Part shown: in pieces, positions 1-13,547 of the stretch
How the letters are laid out: each line of letters begins with the position of its first letter
Position numbering within the stretch: the stretch's first letter is position 1
Assembly (NCBI GenBank): GCA_963693365.1
Contig: CAVNZM010000016.1
Coordinates: 1,054,005 to 1,118,004 of the forward strand
Length of the DNA: 64,000 bases
Direction of reading: 5' to 3'
Source: Amoebidium appalachense
Lineage: Eukaryota; Protista; Ichthyosporea
Made by a program: the position numbers and the translations under genes
Notes under the pieces: model-generated
Seen by the model: the letters and a program-made list of their open reading frames with translations, nothing else
The model's database searches: none
What the model was told of the DNA's origin: nothing

Positions 1-361
1 GCCTCCATGTCGTCAACAATCCAGGGGCTGTAGTGGGGGGGCCCCGATGCCTGGCCCAGGCGGTTGCGGTAGTGTGCACGCAGGTTGTGGCGGTGGCGCC
101 TATTGGACATGGTGGCGTCCAGCAGGCGCAGCGACATGCGTGTGGCCCCAAAGTGGGTGGCCAGGGGGTTGTGCACTGCCCCCTCCACCTCGTTGGTGCC
201 CCGGATGCAGCGGTAGCGCATGAGCCCATCTGCGTCGGCAGTGGTCTCGTAGTAGAGGGGCAGGCCGGGGGGGTCCGACAGACAGCCATTTTGGGCGTGT
301 TCGAGCAGCGACTGTGGGGGCACAAGCAAACATCAGAGAGATGGGTGGGTGGTGGTGGTGG

Positions 362-418
<57 letters not shown>

Positions 419-501
419 GGGGGGGGGGATGGGGTTGCTAAGGAAAAAAACGAGCAGGGAAAGGCAAAAAACAACTGGCTAGGCAGCAAGGGCCGTGCGG
501 G

Positions 502-595
<94 letters not shown>

Positions 596-1164
596 ATGTT
601 TGGGGGGGGGGGGGGGGGGGGGGGGAGGCTAGGGTGTGCGTGTGTGTGCAGATGAACCAAGGATGACAAATAAGCGAAGAACCTTTTCTGTGGTGGTGGA
701 GTTGTTGGGCGCCTGCAGGGGGAGGGGGGGGGGGGGGGATGTTGCCTCGAGTCTTTCAAAGCCATCCTTCTTGAACAGAGGCTTGCCATCCGGTCCGGGC
801 GGCACATCCTTGTAGGTGTTTTTGAACTCCACCAGCCGCGAGACCAGCGTGTATGGGTCGGGAATAACCCGCCGGATGCGCTCCATGAAGTAGCTCAGGT
901 CGCCGCCCTTGAGCTCGGTTTCAATGTCGATGCCCTTCTGCTCCAGCACCCCCTGTGAGGCAGGATGCCAATATTAATTTACTACGCACACTGCAATTTG
1001 GGTTTGGTAGACTTTGATACCTGCCGTTATTGTAGGACCCCTCCCCTCCACCCCCCCCATCTTCTCCCCCAACACAAGTAAAAAATGCATGTGGCTATTT
1101 CCCCCCACAACCCTACATTATTTCTCTCTAGGCATATGAATAACCCCCACTCTCCTCCCCCCCC

Positions 1165-1198
<34 letters not shown>

Positions 1199-3894
1199 TT
1201 GCCCCCCCTCTCTCTGAGGCTCAGGCTCTCTCTCTTCCCTCAGAAGTTTTGTCGAAGGTGTGCATGGTTGTGGGTGGAATGGTGAGTGTGTGCTAACGAG
1301 TGTATGTGTGTGTGCGCGTCAGTCACGCATGTTGTTGTTGCCGTTTTTTTTATTTTTATTTTTTATTTTTTATTTTGGGGGGGGGGGGAGGGGGGGGGGG
1401 GCACCTTCACATGTCCGTAATCCTCTTCATTCCACACAAATATTGCCTCGCTGAGTGCGCGTGCGTACTCAGCCCTGCGGGGGTGTGACTTGTACGTGCC
1501 GTCCGCCGTGTTTGCAATGGAGTGGAAGGCGTCATTCAGCACAGTCTGCCACACCACCTCCCCAGGCGGTGCCTGGCCCAACATGCCCTCTCTGGGAGCT
1601 GCCTCGGGTCCCCCTGGGGCTGCCTCAAGGCCCCCCGGGGCTGCCTGGGGGTCCTGGGGGGGTGCCTGTGGGCCGGCAAGGGGTTGCTGCTGCTCGGCAG
1701 GGGGAGGCCTGGCAGGGGGAGGGGCTGGGTCAGGGACCACCGGCACCTCGGCACCTGGGTCCGGTGGGGGCTGAATGGGCCGTAGCCACTGCAGGTGCAC
1801 CATCAGCTCAAAGGGCGGCGGGCCCAGCTCTCCCAGGGTCTTGCCCTTGTCGGGGCCAAAGGGCACCTGCATGGCCGGCGACAGCACCTGATCCACCCGC
1901 ACCACTGCATGCTTCTTGCCCACCTTCATGCCCCCCCAGCGCTCCGGCTGCACAGCCAGCACCACCCCGGTGGCTGCTGCAGCATGTGGGCCCCGCCGGG
2001 GCACAATCTCAACCCCTTCACCGAGTGCCTTTGCATGAAGCCGCGCTGCATGTCATAGAGGGAAGCAAAAAACTCAGCCAAAAAGCCACAGCACCAACGT
2101 TTTTCTCTTCGCTCCACAAAAATCAAATGCATATTCCTTAGCAACCCCCCTTCCCCCCCCCCCCCCCCCCCCCCCTTCTCCCTCCCCCCCCCCCCCCCCT
2201 CTCCCAGTGCCCAGCTTGTGTGGCACTTGCACGTGTTAACAGTGCTATAGCCCCCCCCCCCCCCCCCCCCCCCCCCCCCCACCACCACCACCACCACCAC
2301 CAATCACCCCCTCCTTTGATAGCCACCCGACACCCAGCATAACACAACTGGAACACTGGCCCATGTGGTCAGCCACCCCCCCCCCCCCCCCCCCCCCCCC
2401 TCCTCCCCCTCCCCTCTCCTCTGGGGGGCCCACAATCTTTCTATATCTGGCATAAGCACATAAGCACTGGGGCAAAAAGCAGGTGGGATACACACCTGAC
2501 AGGTTTGGCCTATCGACCACGGCCGAGTAGACCTGCAGGGACGCATATGCATCAAGGGCAGCGTAGGTGGCCTGCACCTCTGATAGCGGCTCGTGCCAGT
2601 TGGAGCATCGAACAAGTGCCGGCTTGGGCAGCTTCTTGCCTATGACCTGGGCAGTGATGTCGGCCAAGCCCCGGGCCGCAGAGGTGATAGCTGCACGGGC
2701 ATAGCAGAACCGGCCCAGCTCCAGATAGCTGGCCACAGGGGTGCCGTAGTCCTTGTTGAGGTGGGCCGAGTCCGTGCCGATCTGCTTGCCCACCTTGATG
2801 ATGCTGGGGTCCCTAAGCAGCGCAATCAGCTCGTCCACCAGCCGCGCGGGCGGGCTGTGGTTGGGGCCCATGCGTGCCAAGTGGAAGATGTACACGGCCC
2901 GTGCGGTGGCAATCTGCAGCGTGCAAACCTTGGACCGCGCCTGGCCCACCCGATAGACCCACTCGCAGTCCAGCCCCACCACGCGGTGCTGCTGCCCCTC
3001 CAGGTCGGCACGAATGGCCGCTGTAGCCACCACCGCCCCCTGGCAGTCGGTGTACACCGGCTTAGGGTAGTTGGCCGGCAGCTCCAGCCCAGGCAGACCG
3101 TCCGTCACGCTTACCAGCGCAGCCTCGTTCAGACGGACGGGGCATTTTGGCCGGGCTAGGGTTGGAAACATGCGCTCAACAAACGCCCGGTCTTGGCAGC
3201 ACCGATCTGTGTAGAAGAAGGCCGGGCCCTTGCTGTTGAGCGCCGCCGTGGTGGCAGAGATGCGCTGGATCACGGGCTCAATCTCCTGGTGGCTGCAGTC
3301 CCGTGTAAATACCTGCGCCCGGATCTCTGGGGTGCCGCACTGTGTGAGAGGGCATCTCCGAGCAGCCATGCATGTTCTAGCTTCCCTTACCACATGGCCC
3401 TTCACGAGACTTCAGTGCCCACACAATCCTTTCCCCCTCCCTCCCCCCAAACCCATGTGCCCACATACTTTCCCCTCCCTCTCCCCCAAAACCCTTCCCC
3501 CTCCTTCCCCCCAAACCCATGTGCCCACATACTTTCCCCAGGCCTCCCTTTCCCCCAAAATCTTCCCCCCCCCTCCCCCCTAAACCCATGTACCTACAAT
3601 CCTTCCCCCTTCCTCCCCCTAAACCCTTGTGATCACAATCCTTTCCCCCTCTCTGCCTTCCCCCCAAACCCATGTGCCCACGATCCTTCCCCACTCCCCC
3701 TCCCCCCAAACCATGGGACAGCCCTCCATATGGCACCTACTGTCCCCCCCCCCCCCCCCCCCCCCCCCACCCCACCCCGGGCCTCTTGCCCTCTCTACCT
3801 TCAACCCCGACGGTGGTGTCTCTCCCCCCCCCCCCCCCCCCCCTGCATCCCTTGCAATCACTGGCCCCTACTCCCATTCTGCTTGGCAGAAGCT

Positions 3895-3960
<66 letters not shown>

Positions 3961-4194
3961 ATTCCCCGCCAAAAGAAAGCTCCACCCCAGCCCACCCCAA
4001 TCTCTACCCAGCAAAAACACATACACACATATCTGGAGCTTCCTAGTTTTTGCTCGACAGGGCAAGAATTGTCCCCAAAACCCACATACTACAAACCTCT
4101 ACTCACAGTGTGCCACCTCATTAAATGTGGAGCCTAAGAGATTTAAAGGCCCTAGAGGGGGGAGGGGGGGGAGGGGGGGGAGGGGGGCGTGTGT

Positions 4195-4225
<31 letters not shown>

Positions 4226-4655
4226 GGTGGGGGTGTGGGGGGGGGGGGAGGGGGGAAGGGGGCCTGGGGGAGAGTGGGGGGAGGGGGGAGAAGAGGAGGG
4301 ACCACACACCGCCAAGCTCGTTTACACAAGTCCATAGGCCTCGGTACAGAGGCTCCCCATTGATGCCGGTGAGCTTCCCAATTTGGAAGGTGTGGTCGGC
4401 CTTGAGCACGTTGTTTACGGGCTTGAGCTGCGTGTCCAGGCTCTGGTACTTTGCCGTGCGGTCGCTGAACTCAGTATACACGGCACTCAGGTATTTGCCT
4501 GAACCCCAAGTACTGTTAGAACTCCACCACCCTCCCATCAGGACCATCCCCCCCATTCCCTCTAGTCCCTCGTGTTCATCTCACCTCTCTGTATTTTCGT
4601 AAGTCTGTATGGCTTTTCCCATCTCAAAAACGCTACACACCCATCTCCGGCCGTT

Positions 4656-4704
<49 letters not shown>

Positions 4705-4889
4705 CCCCGCCTCCCGGCGCGCGCAAACCCTCCAAGTCATTGCACCAACTTTCACCTTCTTTCCCCTTTGTGCCCCATCTGCAGTTTGTCCCCTGCACGT
4801 CCGTTTGCCCTTCCCCCCACACCCTCCTGCCACTACTATAATAACCATTAAGTACCGCCACCAAGATCCAGTCTACCACCATGTGCCCC

Positions 4890-4928
<39 letters not shown>

Positions 4929-5078
4929 CTCTCCACCTCCTTTCCCCCAACACACACAGACACACATGCGCACACCCACCATCTCATTCTCAGGCATAAC
5001 AGTTCTCCACGATTTCCCAAGCACACTCACTGGTACATGGACCGTTATGCTTTCACCCCTCTGATGATCCCTCTGCCC

Positions 5079-5109
<31 letters not shown>

Positions 5110-5186
5110 ACCACCACCACCACCACCACCACCACCACCATGACTGATTGCCACCACCACCACCTAATCCATCACCATGTCCCCCC

Positions 5187-5233
<47 letters not shown>

Positions 5234-6628
5234 ACACACGGACCCACAAGTACACGCACACTCACAGGCGCACATCCACCACCACACATCCACCACCACC
5301 ATAATAGAAACTTATTGACCACACTTCCAAAACCCATTTCCAAGTCCCCCCCCCCCCCCTAAAAAAAAAAATAAAAAATAATAAAACAAAACCCTACCAA
5401 GCCAACCCAAAAAATGCCCAAGCACGTGCATACAAAACAATGGGGACCATTTACACACCCAAAATGCAGTGCACACTTGCCTGAAGGCACATGTCCAGCG
5501 TAACCATTTTTGTCACCAAACGCCGAGAACTTAGCCGCCTGCTCCTCTGGGGGAAGTTCTGTCAGGCGCTGGTCGTGGGGGCGGAAATCGTTACGCTTTT
5601 TGAGTTCATACTTGGTCCAATGCAGCGCCCTCGAGTAATACAGGAGCCGCTGCTCGTCGTATCGCTGCTTGTGGAGCTCCGAGAGGAGGGTGGCAAAGGC
5701 GTTTGGGCCCACACCTTTGTCTGCCAGTGCACGCAACAATGTTACCACCTTTAGGTCGAGCCCACTGCGGTGGCTAAGGTAGGCCGGAAACTGATCACGC
5801 ATGAAGAGTGGAAGGCGTTTAATTGTCTGGGGGTTTGTGCCGGCAAAGTTTTTTTTGCATGTGTCACAAAAGTACCGGGCCGTGATAATGTAGTAGCAGC
5901 TGTCAAAGTCGATAACACGCCGTCCTACGGGGTTGCTCATGAACCCATTGCGAGAAGTACGGTGTGGGTTGGGGTGGTTGTGGGGGTCCACGTAGTGATC
6001 ATCGAAGGGGCACGGCACCATGAAACCGGGAGACAACCTTTCCGGAAGCCAGGCAAAACATCTGGGTTTGTAGAAAGGCGCTGGATCGCCCCCAAATTTA
6101 AAGCCTATAATGGGAGGTGGAAGATGCCACCCCACAGGCGTCTTCTCATCTTTGAGACTCTCTTTCACTGTGTGCAGGTGCGACTTGATTGTTTCGCCCG
6201 CCGCGTCAGAAAACTCCTCTCCACCGTCATCCCCGTCCGTATTATCTTCTCCCTCTTCCTCCCCTTCATCCTCGTCTACCCGGTACGCATCTGCTGCTGC
6301 ATTTAGCAAAGGTTCCTCGTCGGGTTGCACCTGTATGTCTGGTGGGTGTGGAGCAGGGGCCCGATCCATTTCTCTTGGTAACGAATGGACGCTACCTGCC
6401 TCAACTACACGGGCCCTTATGTCGGCGGCCTTAGATAGAGGGGGCTGTTCGGGTTGTACGTTTACGTTTAGTTCCTGCAAAACAGCTTTGTTTGCCGTCC
6501 CAAAACCTGCAAAGTTCGCTAAAGGCTGAACAAATGCAGCATCTTTTTTTGCGCCCAGCTCCCTCCCTAGCTCCGCCTGTTTTATGCCCAGGGCGCTGTG
6601 TTGTGCCCTTAGGGCAGCCTGGCTTCAT
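1..6628 (-). CDS. DUF6729-type DDE transposase-like protein with an inserted DEDDy 3'-5' exonuclease (WRN/EXD-like); 6 exons, 3' end outside the window
   Basis: Exons 6628-5481, 4498-4310, 3326-2496, 2045-1405, 952-746 and 311-<1 join in consistent phase. Motifs: GGAREGAGRKK; Cys-rich region (CP...RRVIDFDSCYYIITARYFCDTC...FPAYLSHRSGLD); KADHTF; YTDRCC; exonuclease GLDCEW / GTDSAHL / YAALDA; VLNDAFH; LSEAIFVWNEED; GCLSDPPG; YRCIRGTNEVEG. One extra base in an A7 run (~6544-6550) shifts the first ~28 codons out of frame. Confidence 0.8.
3415..3715. repeat. Imperfect ~55-60 bp tandem repeat in a transposase intron
   Basis: About 5 recurrences of cccccaaacccatgtgcccaca(ta/ga)...ttcccc. Confidence 0.7.
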
Positions 6629-8954
6629 TTTAAACACTTGGGGCCTGGCCCCCTGCCCCCCTAGTGCGACTACGTTACCGCAAACATTCCCGTATTCCAG
6701 TGTGCTCGGCAATGCTGCTCATGGCCTTCCCGGGAAGGCCTGGTTGTGACCAGTAAAGAGCGCGCCAATTCCTGACCGCCGCCTACAGCAGTGTATGATC
6801 TGTTATCCATATTCGGCAAAAGGGGTCTTGCCCAACCAATGGCTTGAATCCTTGTAACTTTGCTTTATCCATATAAGGTTAGCTGAACACCCCCCCCTCC
6901 AATCATACCCCCCCTTCTCTCTAGTAGTAGCTCCTGGCATGCCGCACCCCCCTGACTTGACTTGACTTGGGCCCTACGCGCAGCATGCATCCACAAACTA
7001 AAGCAATGGGCATTATCGATTAATCACTATTAGTGAGAATGAATATTGACACACACAGCAACTACAGCAACTGTAGCTATAATATGGAGTTTATAGAGAA
7101 AGACGAATGACATAACCGTTAGCTGGCAGTTTCGGCCTGCCTGCAACTTACCATGGACCTATTTCGTGGAATTTGAGGAATTGGCGAATATTAGTCTACT
7201 CCCAAGGTACGCAGGAATCGATTGGCTTGAAGTGATAACGATAATTAATGCTGTTACGTATTTCTATTGGTTACTTTGCGCTCAATTACTCAGTGGGCTA
7301 TGCACTTCGTGATTTATAGCTTATCATCGCTGTTTTTTGTTATCTCGGTCCCGCTCAGTTTCAGGCAATCTGCATTTGTTTCCCCATAAAAAGGGCAAAT
7401 TAACAGGGATTTGGTAGCTCTAGATATATATTAAGATTTAAAAATAATATCAATTGAAAAATATCAATATTTAAACATTAAGGTTCAAGAATCCGAGCTT
7501 TATTATCTCAGTGTCAAGACAAGGCGAAGCGAATCTCTAATCAGAATTGTCCAGCGACAAGGAGATTACGGGCGGTCAGACAAGCTGACCAGCAAACAAT
7601 CCAAAAAAGGCAGCCGAAACGGCCAAAAAAATTCCACAGACCAGGCTGTTATTGGTTGGGCATCTTACGTTGGTGCCTTTGAATCCAATCAATTCTAGTC
7701 AAACGAAACTTCTTTTGCTAAGAGAAGGGCGTGATTATAAACCAATGTGCCCTACTCACTCCATGTTGGCACCCAGGCTCCCCGGGCCCTCCCAGTGTCG
7801 GCGGAGATGTTGGCGGTAAGCCTTGTTACAAGTGTGTGGTGTCCGGCATCTTTTCTTGATCAATAAGCATAGTTAATACAACCCCAAGAGCAAAATCATG
7901 CTATGTCTATACTCTTCTTGTACATATTTATCTCACTGAATTACCCATTTTCATGCGTTGGTCCGGCCAAGGTGAATCTTCAACCCCCCGCTCTCACTCT
8001 CGAGTAGGATGAAACGGTTTTGCGAAACCAATCATAATGATTCAGGCGCCAGCCTATCTTGGCGACATCCAACTAGGCACTGGATGAAATCTGGGTGATC
8101 AATCATGGGTCTCCATTATTACATTATTTTCCTAGAAATGTAGACTTTCGACAGCCATTATCCTGATTATTGAAGTGGAATACTAATCCTAGCTACTGTT
8201 ATCTGTATTACATTTAAATGCGCGCTGGGTACTGATGTGAGCAGATCATGCGTCGACGAGTCGTAAAAATTGCGATTGTTGTTTTTTAAGTTATTGGATC
8301 GTAGTCACGCATGAAGCAAACACTGTTTTGATTGGCTGTAATGTTGATTGGCCACCGGCTCAAAAAATGACCTTCAGAGGAAGAATTGTCAAACTATCCG
8401 GCTCGTGTATCTGGTTTCTGCATACATATAACCAATTAATGTTTTTTTTTTTACTCAAGACCGTCGACGTTCAACAACAATCATGAAAGTAGAAAATACG
8501 GCTCTTAATATTTCACCCTCTATTCACAAATATCCAACGTAATTTTCTAAAAATGCGATAGCAATCTCACTACACAATAAGCATTGACAAACTTTCTGCT
8601 GCGAGATCGCTGCTATCTCGCCCACTCTAAATTCTCTGTAAGTTATCACCGTGATAGTTATCCTGCGAGCATTTTGCTTTTTTGGACCAGGTCTCATAGA
8701 CTTCCGCGCCAAAACTTTTTTGGTTCTAAACGAATTTTTTTCATGTTGCCTCCAGGCTTTCAAGTTTCACTGAGTGTGCAATTTTTGCACAAAGTTTCAA
8801 GAAGAAAGAACTGAGGAACGAGGGGAAGAAGAGCGATCAATAGCGTGTGCTCGAGCAGGTGATTGTTAGAAAGGCGTAAAAGAAGAAAGAGAACGTCTTG
8901 AGTTCAGCAAACTGAATCGGTGTGAAGGAAGATCTGTTTAGCAAAAAAGCTGTG

Positions 8955-9798
8955 ATGGGGTCAAATCCTCTTGCCGTTCTGCCTAAGGCTGGAGAAATGT
9001 CGTGGCAAGTGCAAGGTAAGCGCCGAGTTCTTTCCCCTTGTGTTCTGTTGACACGTTCGCTGAAGGGACGGTGCTTTTGTGATGCTTCCTTTCAGTTTTC
9101 ACATCTTGTCAGTTTGCATCGTTCGAATGAACTTCCTTGTCACGTCCAGGCTCGTATAGTGGGTCGTTGCACGTGTTGCTTGTCTTCTTGCGTCTCCTCC
9201 CTTTCTCTTTCAGGTTTTCCTGTCTTTCTTGACTTCAACAACGCATACCTAGCCTTTTTTGACACACCTGCAACAGTGCATTGACAAGTCTTTTCTCATC
9301 ACCGCAGACACCCACAACGCGCACACCCATGCGCACGAATACGCAAATTCCAACATGTATGCACGTTCGCCCTTCTCGTCTCCCATCACACCCGAGAACG
9401 CGTACGGCTACTCAAACAGGCAACAGCAACAACCCACCAGCCCGCATTTCAAAGAGGTGCATTTTGAGTATTCCGCGGACGGGAAACATCGTTACCGCAC
9501 ACAGCCAAAGGGAGCAAAAGCATTGGACATGCGCGTTAAACCCTACGCAAGGAAACGAACCACATCGGAATCATCGGATGGAAGCACGGGTGCTGTTCTT
9601 AACGTTGACCCCACCATCAAGGAGGAATTACTGCATCGATGTGTGACATGTGGGAAGGTGTACAAGCACGAGAGTTGTCTTCTCAAGCACAACTGGGAGC
9701 ACACGGAATACTGGGAGCTTGCCAAGCAGCACTGCGCAAGCAAACATCAATCTGTCCAGCTCCTGGAAGCGGCTCGCATTCTTGTCAAGATGCAGTGA
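8955..9798 (+). CDS. Single C2H2 zinc-finger protein, fungal-type (CxxC...HxWEH followed by SKHQxVQLLEAA)
   Basis: CVTCGKVYKHESCLLKHNWEHTEYW...SKHQSVQLLEAARIL. A GTAAG...CGCAG intron at 9016-9307 joins exon 8955-9015 in frame; ATG 8997 or 9355 are alternative starts. Confidence 0.75.
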
Positions 9799-10845
9799 AA
9801 GAGGTGAAAACATCACCCATTCACTCAGTTCAGTAACCCCATGTTAGGCCGAATTTGAAGTTTTTCCCACCCCTCACGTGACGTTATTCCACCCCTTCCC
9901 GAACGAACCCATTCCAACCCCGTCTCGAATCTCCCACCCGTTACGCGCAGCACGTTGGTGCAAAGGTATTAACCCATTCATGCTTGTAGTAATCTGCACC
10001 TGTGAGTTTATACCTCTAGATCATTCCCGCGCGAGGGTTTAAGCAAGTTCTGGTTTTTTGCGCAAAATCCAGCTGCGGTGTCAGGGGAGAGTCATGGCGG
10101 CAAGAACACCTTTTCCACCGACCCATTTTTTAACTTATAGGTGGTTTTTATCCCACCCATAGATGATCAAGTTAGAGGTTAAAAGGTTGGTTGGAACAAC
10201 CTTGCCGAGGTTTTGGCTGTGTATATGTAAAGTATTGGAGATGGTTTGTGGCCGCGTTTTGAACTTCCTTGTCGGGCCTTAGTGCACATGTAAAAGTACC
10301 GGAATTTGGATATTTTGGTCTAGGTTTTGTGCTTTTCTTATGGCCCCCATATGTTCGAGTCCTATGAGATATGTTATCGTTTGACCGCCCGGCCCCACGA
10401 AAAACCCCGTTTGAATCCCCTGTAATTCCACCAAACCCACAGTACAGTAGAATGTTGGTTATATGCCCCCCAGAGCACTGTGTGTTAAAAGGGGGGGGGG
10501 GGGGTAAGTTCATATGGCATATCCTTATATGGTCATGAGATATCCTTATATGGCCATGAAAAAGCACGTAGGTAGATGCAGAGCCGCTAGCGTGTAAAGG
10601 TATTGCTTAATGTATTAGTATGATAGGTTAAAAACCCTCCAAATCCCCACGCCAAACATTTTGTTTGATCGGCCCTTACAGGCTGGTAAAGGTGTTGTTC
10701 GCTGACTCAATAAAGGAGAGTGCTGGGGGTCTAGGTTGACCCCTGGTTTTCGCGAAAAATGATGTCTAGGGGGCCATGCAACGTATGGCAGGATTGCAAA
10801 TGTGCAGCGTCTTTGGAGTCTGTAAGATTCAACGTGCTAAGCAAC

Positions 10846-10876
<31 letters not shown>

Positions 10877-12095
10877 AAAAAAAAAAAAAGAAAAAAACAC
10901 TCACACACCCCTCCCTCACCCTAATATCTGGAGTAATACTCTGGAAGAGTTGAGATTAGCACATGCACAAGAAAACTTTGCCCGTTATCTTGCACACACA
11001 CACACACACACACACTTAATGTTTTGTGTAACAGTTGTGCATATACCCACCACTATATTAGCTGCCAACTAATAGATAGCCATGCACTTCAGATGCGGGC
11101 CTCCTCATACAAGGATACATGCCCCAAATGTCATGTAACAACCCGCCTCCCCCCCCCCCCCCCCCCCCCTCCCTCCCTCCTCCCCTTCCGTACTTACATC
11201 GTGGCACTTTCTGTCTGTTCCCACCCCAATCCACCCAGCCACTACAACAATGCAACAGGCCCACCCTTCCCCATGAGGCACGCACGCACACACACGTACA
11301 CGCACACATCAATCAACTGCTTTAGAAACACTAATCCAGATTCTACAAATCGTTGTCATGAATAAAATCATGAATCAGATCCAGATCATCGGGATCGATG
11401 CACTAATTTGAAAGGGAAATGAAGGCGGGATTCAGTGACACCACACGCATAGAACGTGTCGTGAATATTTGTGAATACAGCCCGGTCCTGGCCTAGATGT
11501 CGCTAATGCCGCAAGACAAATGTTTGTATGATCATCCGAGCCACAATTGGAAACGTTTTAACTATCGTCCGTTAAATTTAAAGCATGGCTTCACACCAAA
11601 CCTCATTTGATAAAAAAAAAAAAAAAAAAAGTAGGAATATCGCAATCTTAAAAAAAGTTTGATGGACCAATAATTTGCGCGTGATCGCACGATTAGCCAA
11701 ATATAGAAATTTGGGCGGGAAGTTTTTGCGCGCCAATTTTTTTTATATAAAGCAAAAAACACTGAAAACTAATTAAAAAGTAGGAATATTGATGTGCGAT
11801 AATTGACATAAAGATTAAATATTTAAATGTTTAGAGCTGCCGTTGCCCACACATGGACACAGGGCTCGTGAGTACAGCAGCGCTGTCTAGCGCCACAGTC
11901 AGTGTGACTTACATTAATTAAGCATGCAGCAATTAATTATTAATCTTACTGGCCGATTGGCCCACACTGTGGCATCAACAATAAGCGCACAGTTTTAAAC
12001 TAGTTTAGATAATCAGGGTCGGTGATATTATGCCAGTTTGGGGAAGCGGGAGGGGGGGGGGGGGGGGAGTAGTAACCGTGGGGATGGGTTTTGTC

Positions 12096-12130
<35 letters not shown>

Positions 12131-12579
12131 AGCCCACTGGGCCCTTTGGACGGGTTGTGAAGGTGTATTTTCGCGGACACACTCACCCCTCCGGCTGGCT
12201 CTGGACTCGGGGAAGGGAACTTCGGGGGGGCACCTGAGTAGGTGGGTCCCTGTGTATGTGTTTGGGGGGAAAGGGGGGGGAGGGGGGGGGGGGGGAGGCA
12301 CCCGTCCCACGGGCCATATAACTACTATAGCACATAGGATGATCCGATAATATGAAATTTAAGTGCTATGAACATACATTTCCATAACGTAAACATTGAA
12401 GCCTAAATATATATAGGAGTCCTTGACCATGTGACTTGAAATTTAGGCTACACATTACGTCATCCCCCCCCCTCCCCCCTCCCCCTCGTAACCGGACCCC
12501 CCTAGTCTATATTAATACGGTGTAAACTAGAACGTGCCCTTCTAGCTAGTTTATGCAGCTTCATATCCATCTGGCGAAC

Positions 12580-12710
12580 TAGTGATAACCCAGACCTTGA
12601 TTTTAGAGGGAATCTTGGTCCCAATCAAATGGCTCGAAATTTTCGAAAGGGATTCTCGTGCCCAATCTGATCATCGGATTTCAGTTTAACCCGCCCCAGC
12701 GTTATCACTA
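12580..12710 (+). mobile_element. MITE-like element, copy A
   Basis: Ends TAGTGATAAC...GTTATCACTA form a 10-bp inverted repeat; the interior is the reverse complement of 14356-14471. No clear TSD. Confidence 0.6.
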
Positions 12711-13200
12711 TTTGGCTAGGCCTATGATTGAATACAGCCCACATCGCCCTGCCATGTCTATTTCACGGGCTCAGACTCTAGAAAGCAGGTCACATGATAT
12801 ATAGATCTCTTGAGGCCGGTACCCATCAACTTAGAGGGGATGAATAAGACCTTCATAAAAATTTTCAATTTAACCCCCCGCCGCCCCCCCCCCCCCCCCC
12901 CCCTCCCCCCCCCCCCCCCCCCTTCCCCGCATTTGAGGGTGATTCTTGCCCCCCCCCCCCCCCCCCCCCCCTCCTCTAACCACCACCACCACCACCACCA
13001 CAAACACCAATATCAAACTAAGAATGCTTTACTTTGTATTTAGAAAATTTCCCAGAGTGCATGGCATGTGGCGTCGGAGTCACTGGGCATGTGTACATGT
13101 CTACCTATTATCTTAGCAATCGAATCGTACCACCACAACATTAACCTGATAGGGGCCCCCACATACATGTCATCACCATCGGGAGCACAGGGCCAAATAG

Positions 13201-13454
13201 TGATGGGGGTTTACGCTGTTTACTCGAGGCAAAGAGAGACCAGTCTCAGGTATGGGGGGTTTTTGCTCGGAATATCCCCTCAGCGGTATATCATGATCAA
13301 GTACATAGATGTCGGGTGATGATTATATATCAGGGTTTGCTTTCTCTACGAGGCACCATAAAGACTAAGAAAACCAATTAGTTGGGTTCCCCGGTTTTTT
13401 TTTCTTTTTTCTTTTTTTTTTTTTCGGGCTCCCCTGGGACACTCGGCATCAGCT

Positions 13455-13547
<93 letters not shown>

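Noticed and set aside
10089-10708. Possible TIR element (gagtca..aacaccttt..cc and its inverse)
   Set aside because: The inverted match is short and gapped, with no TSD or second copy in the window.
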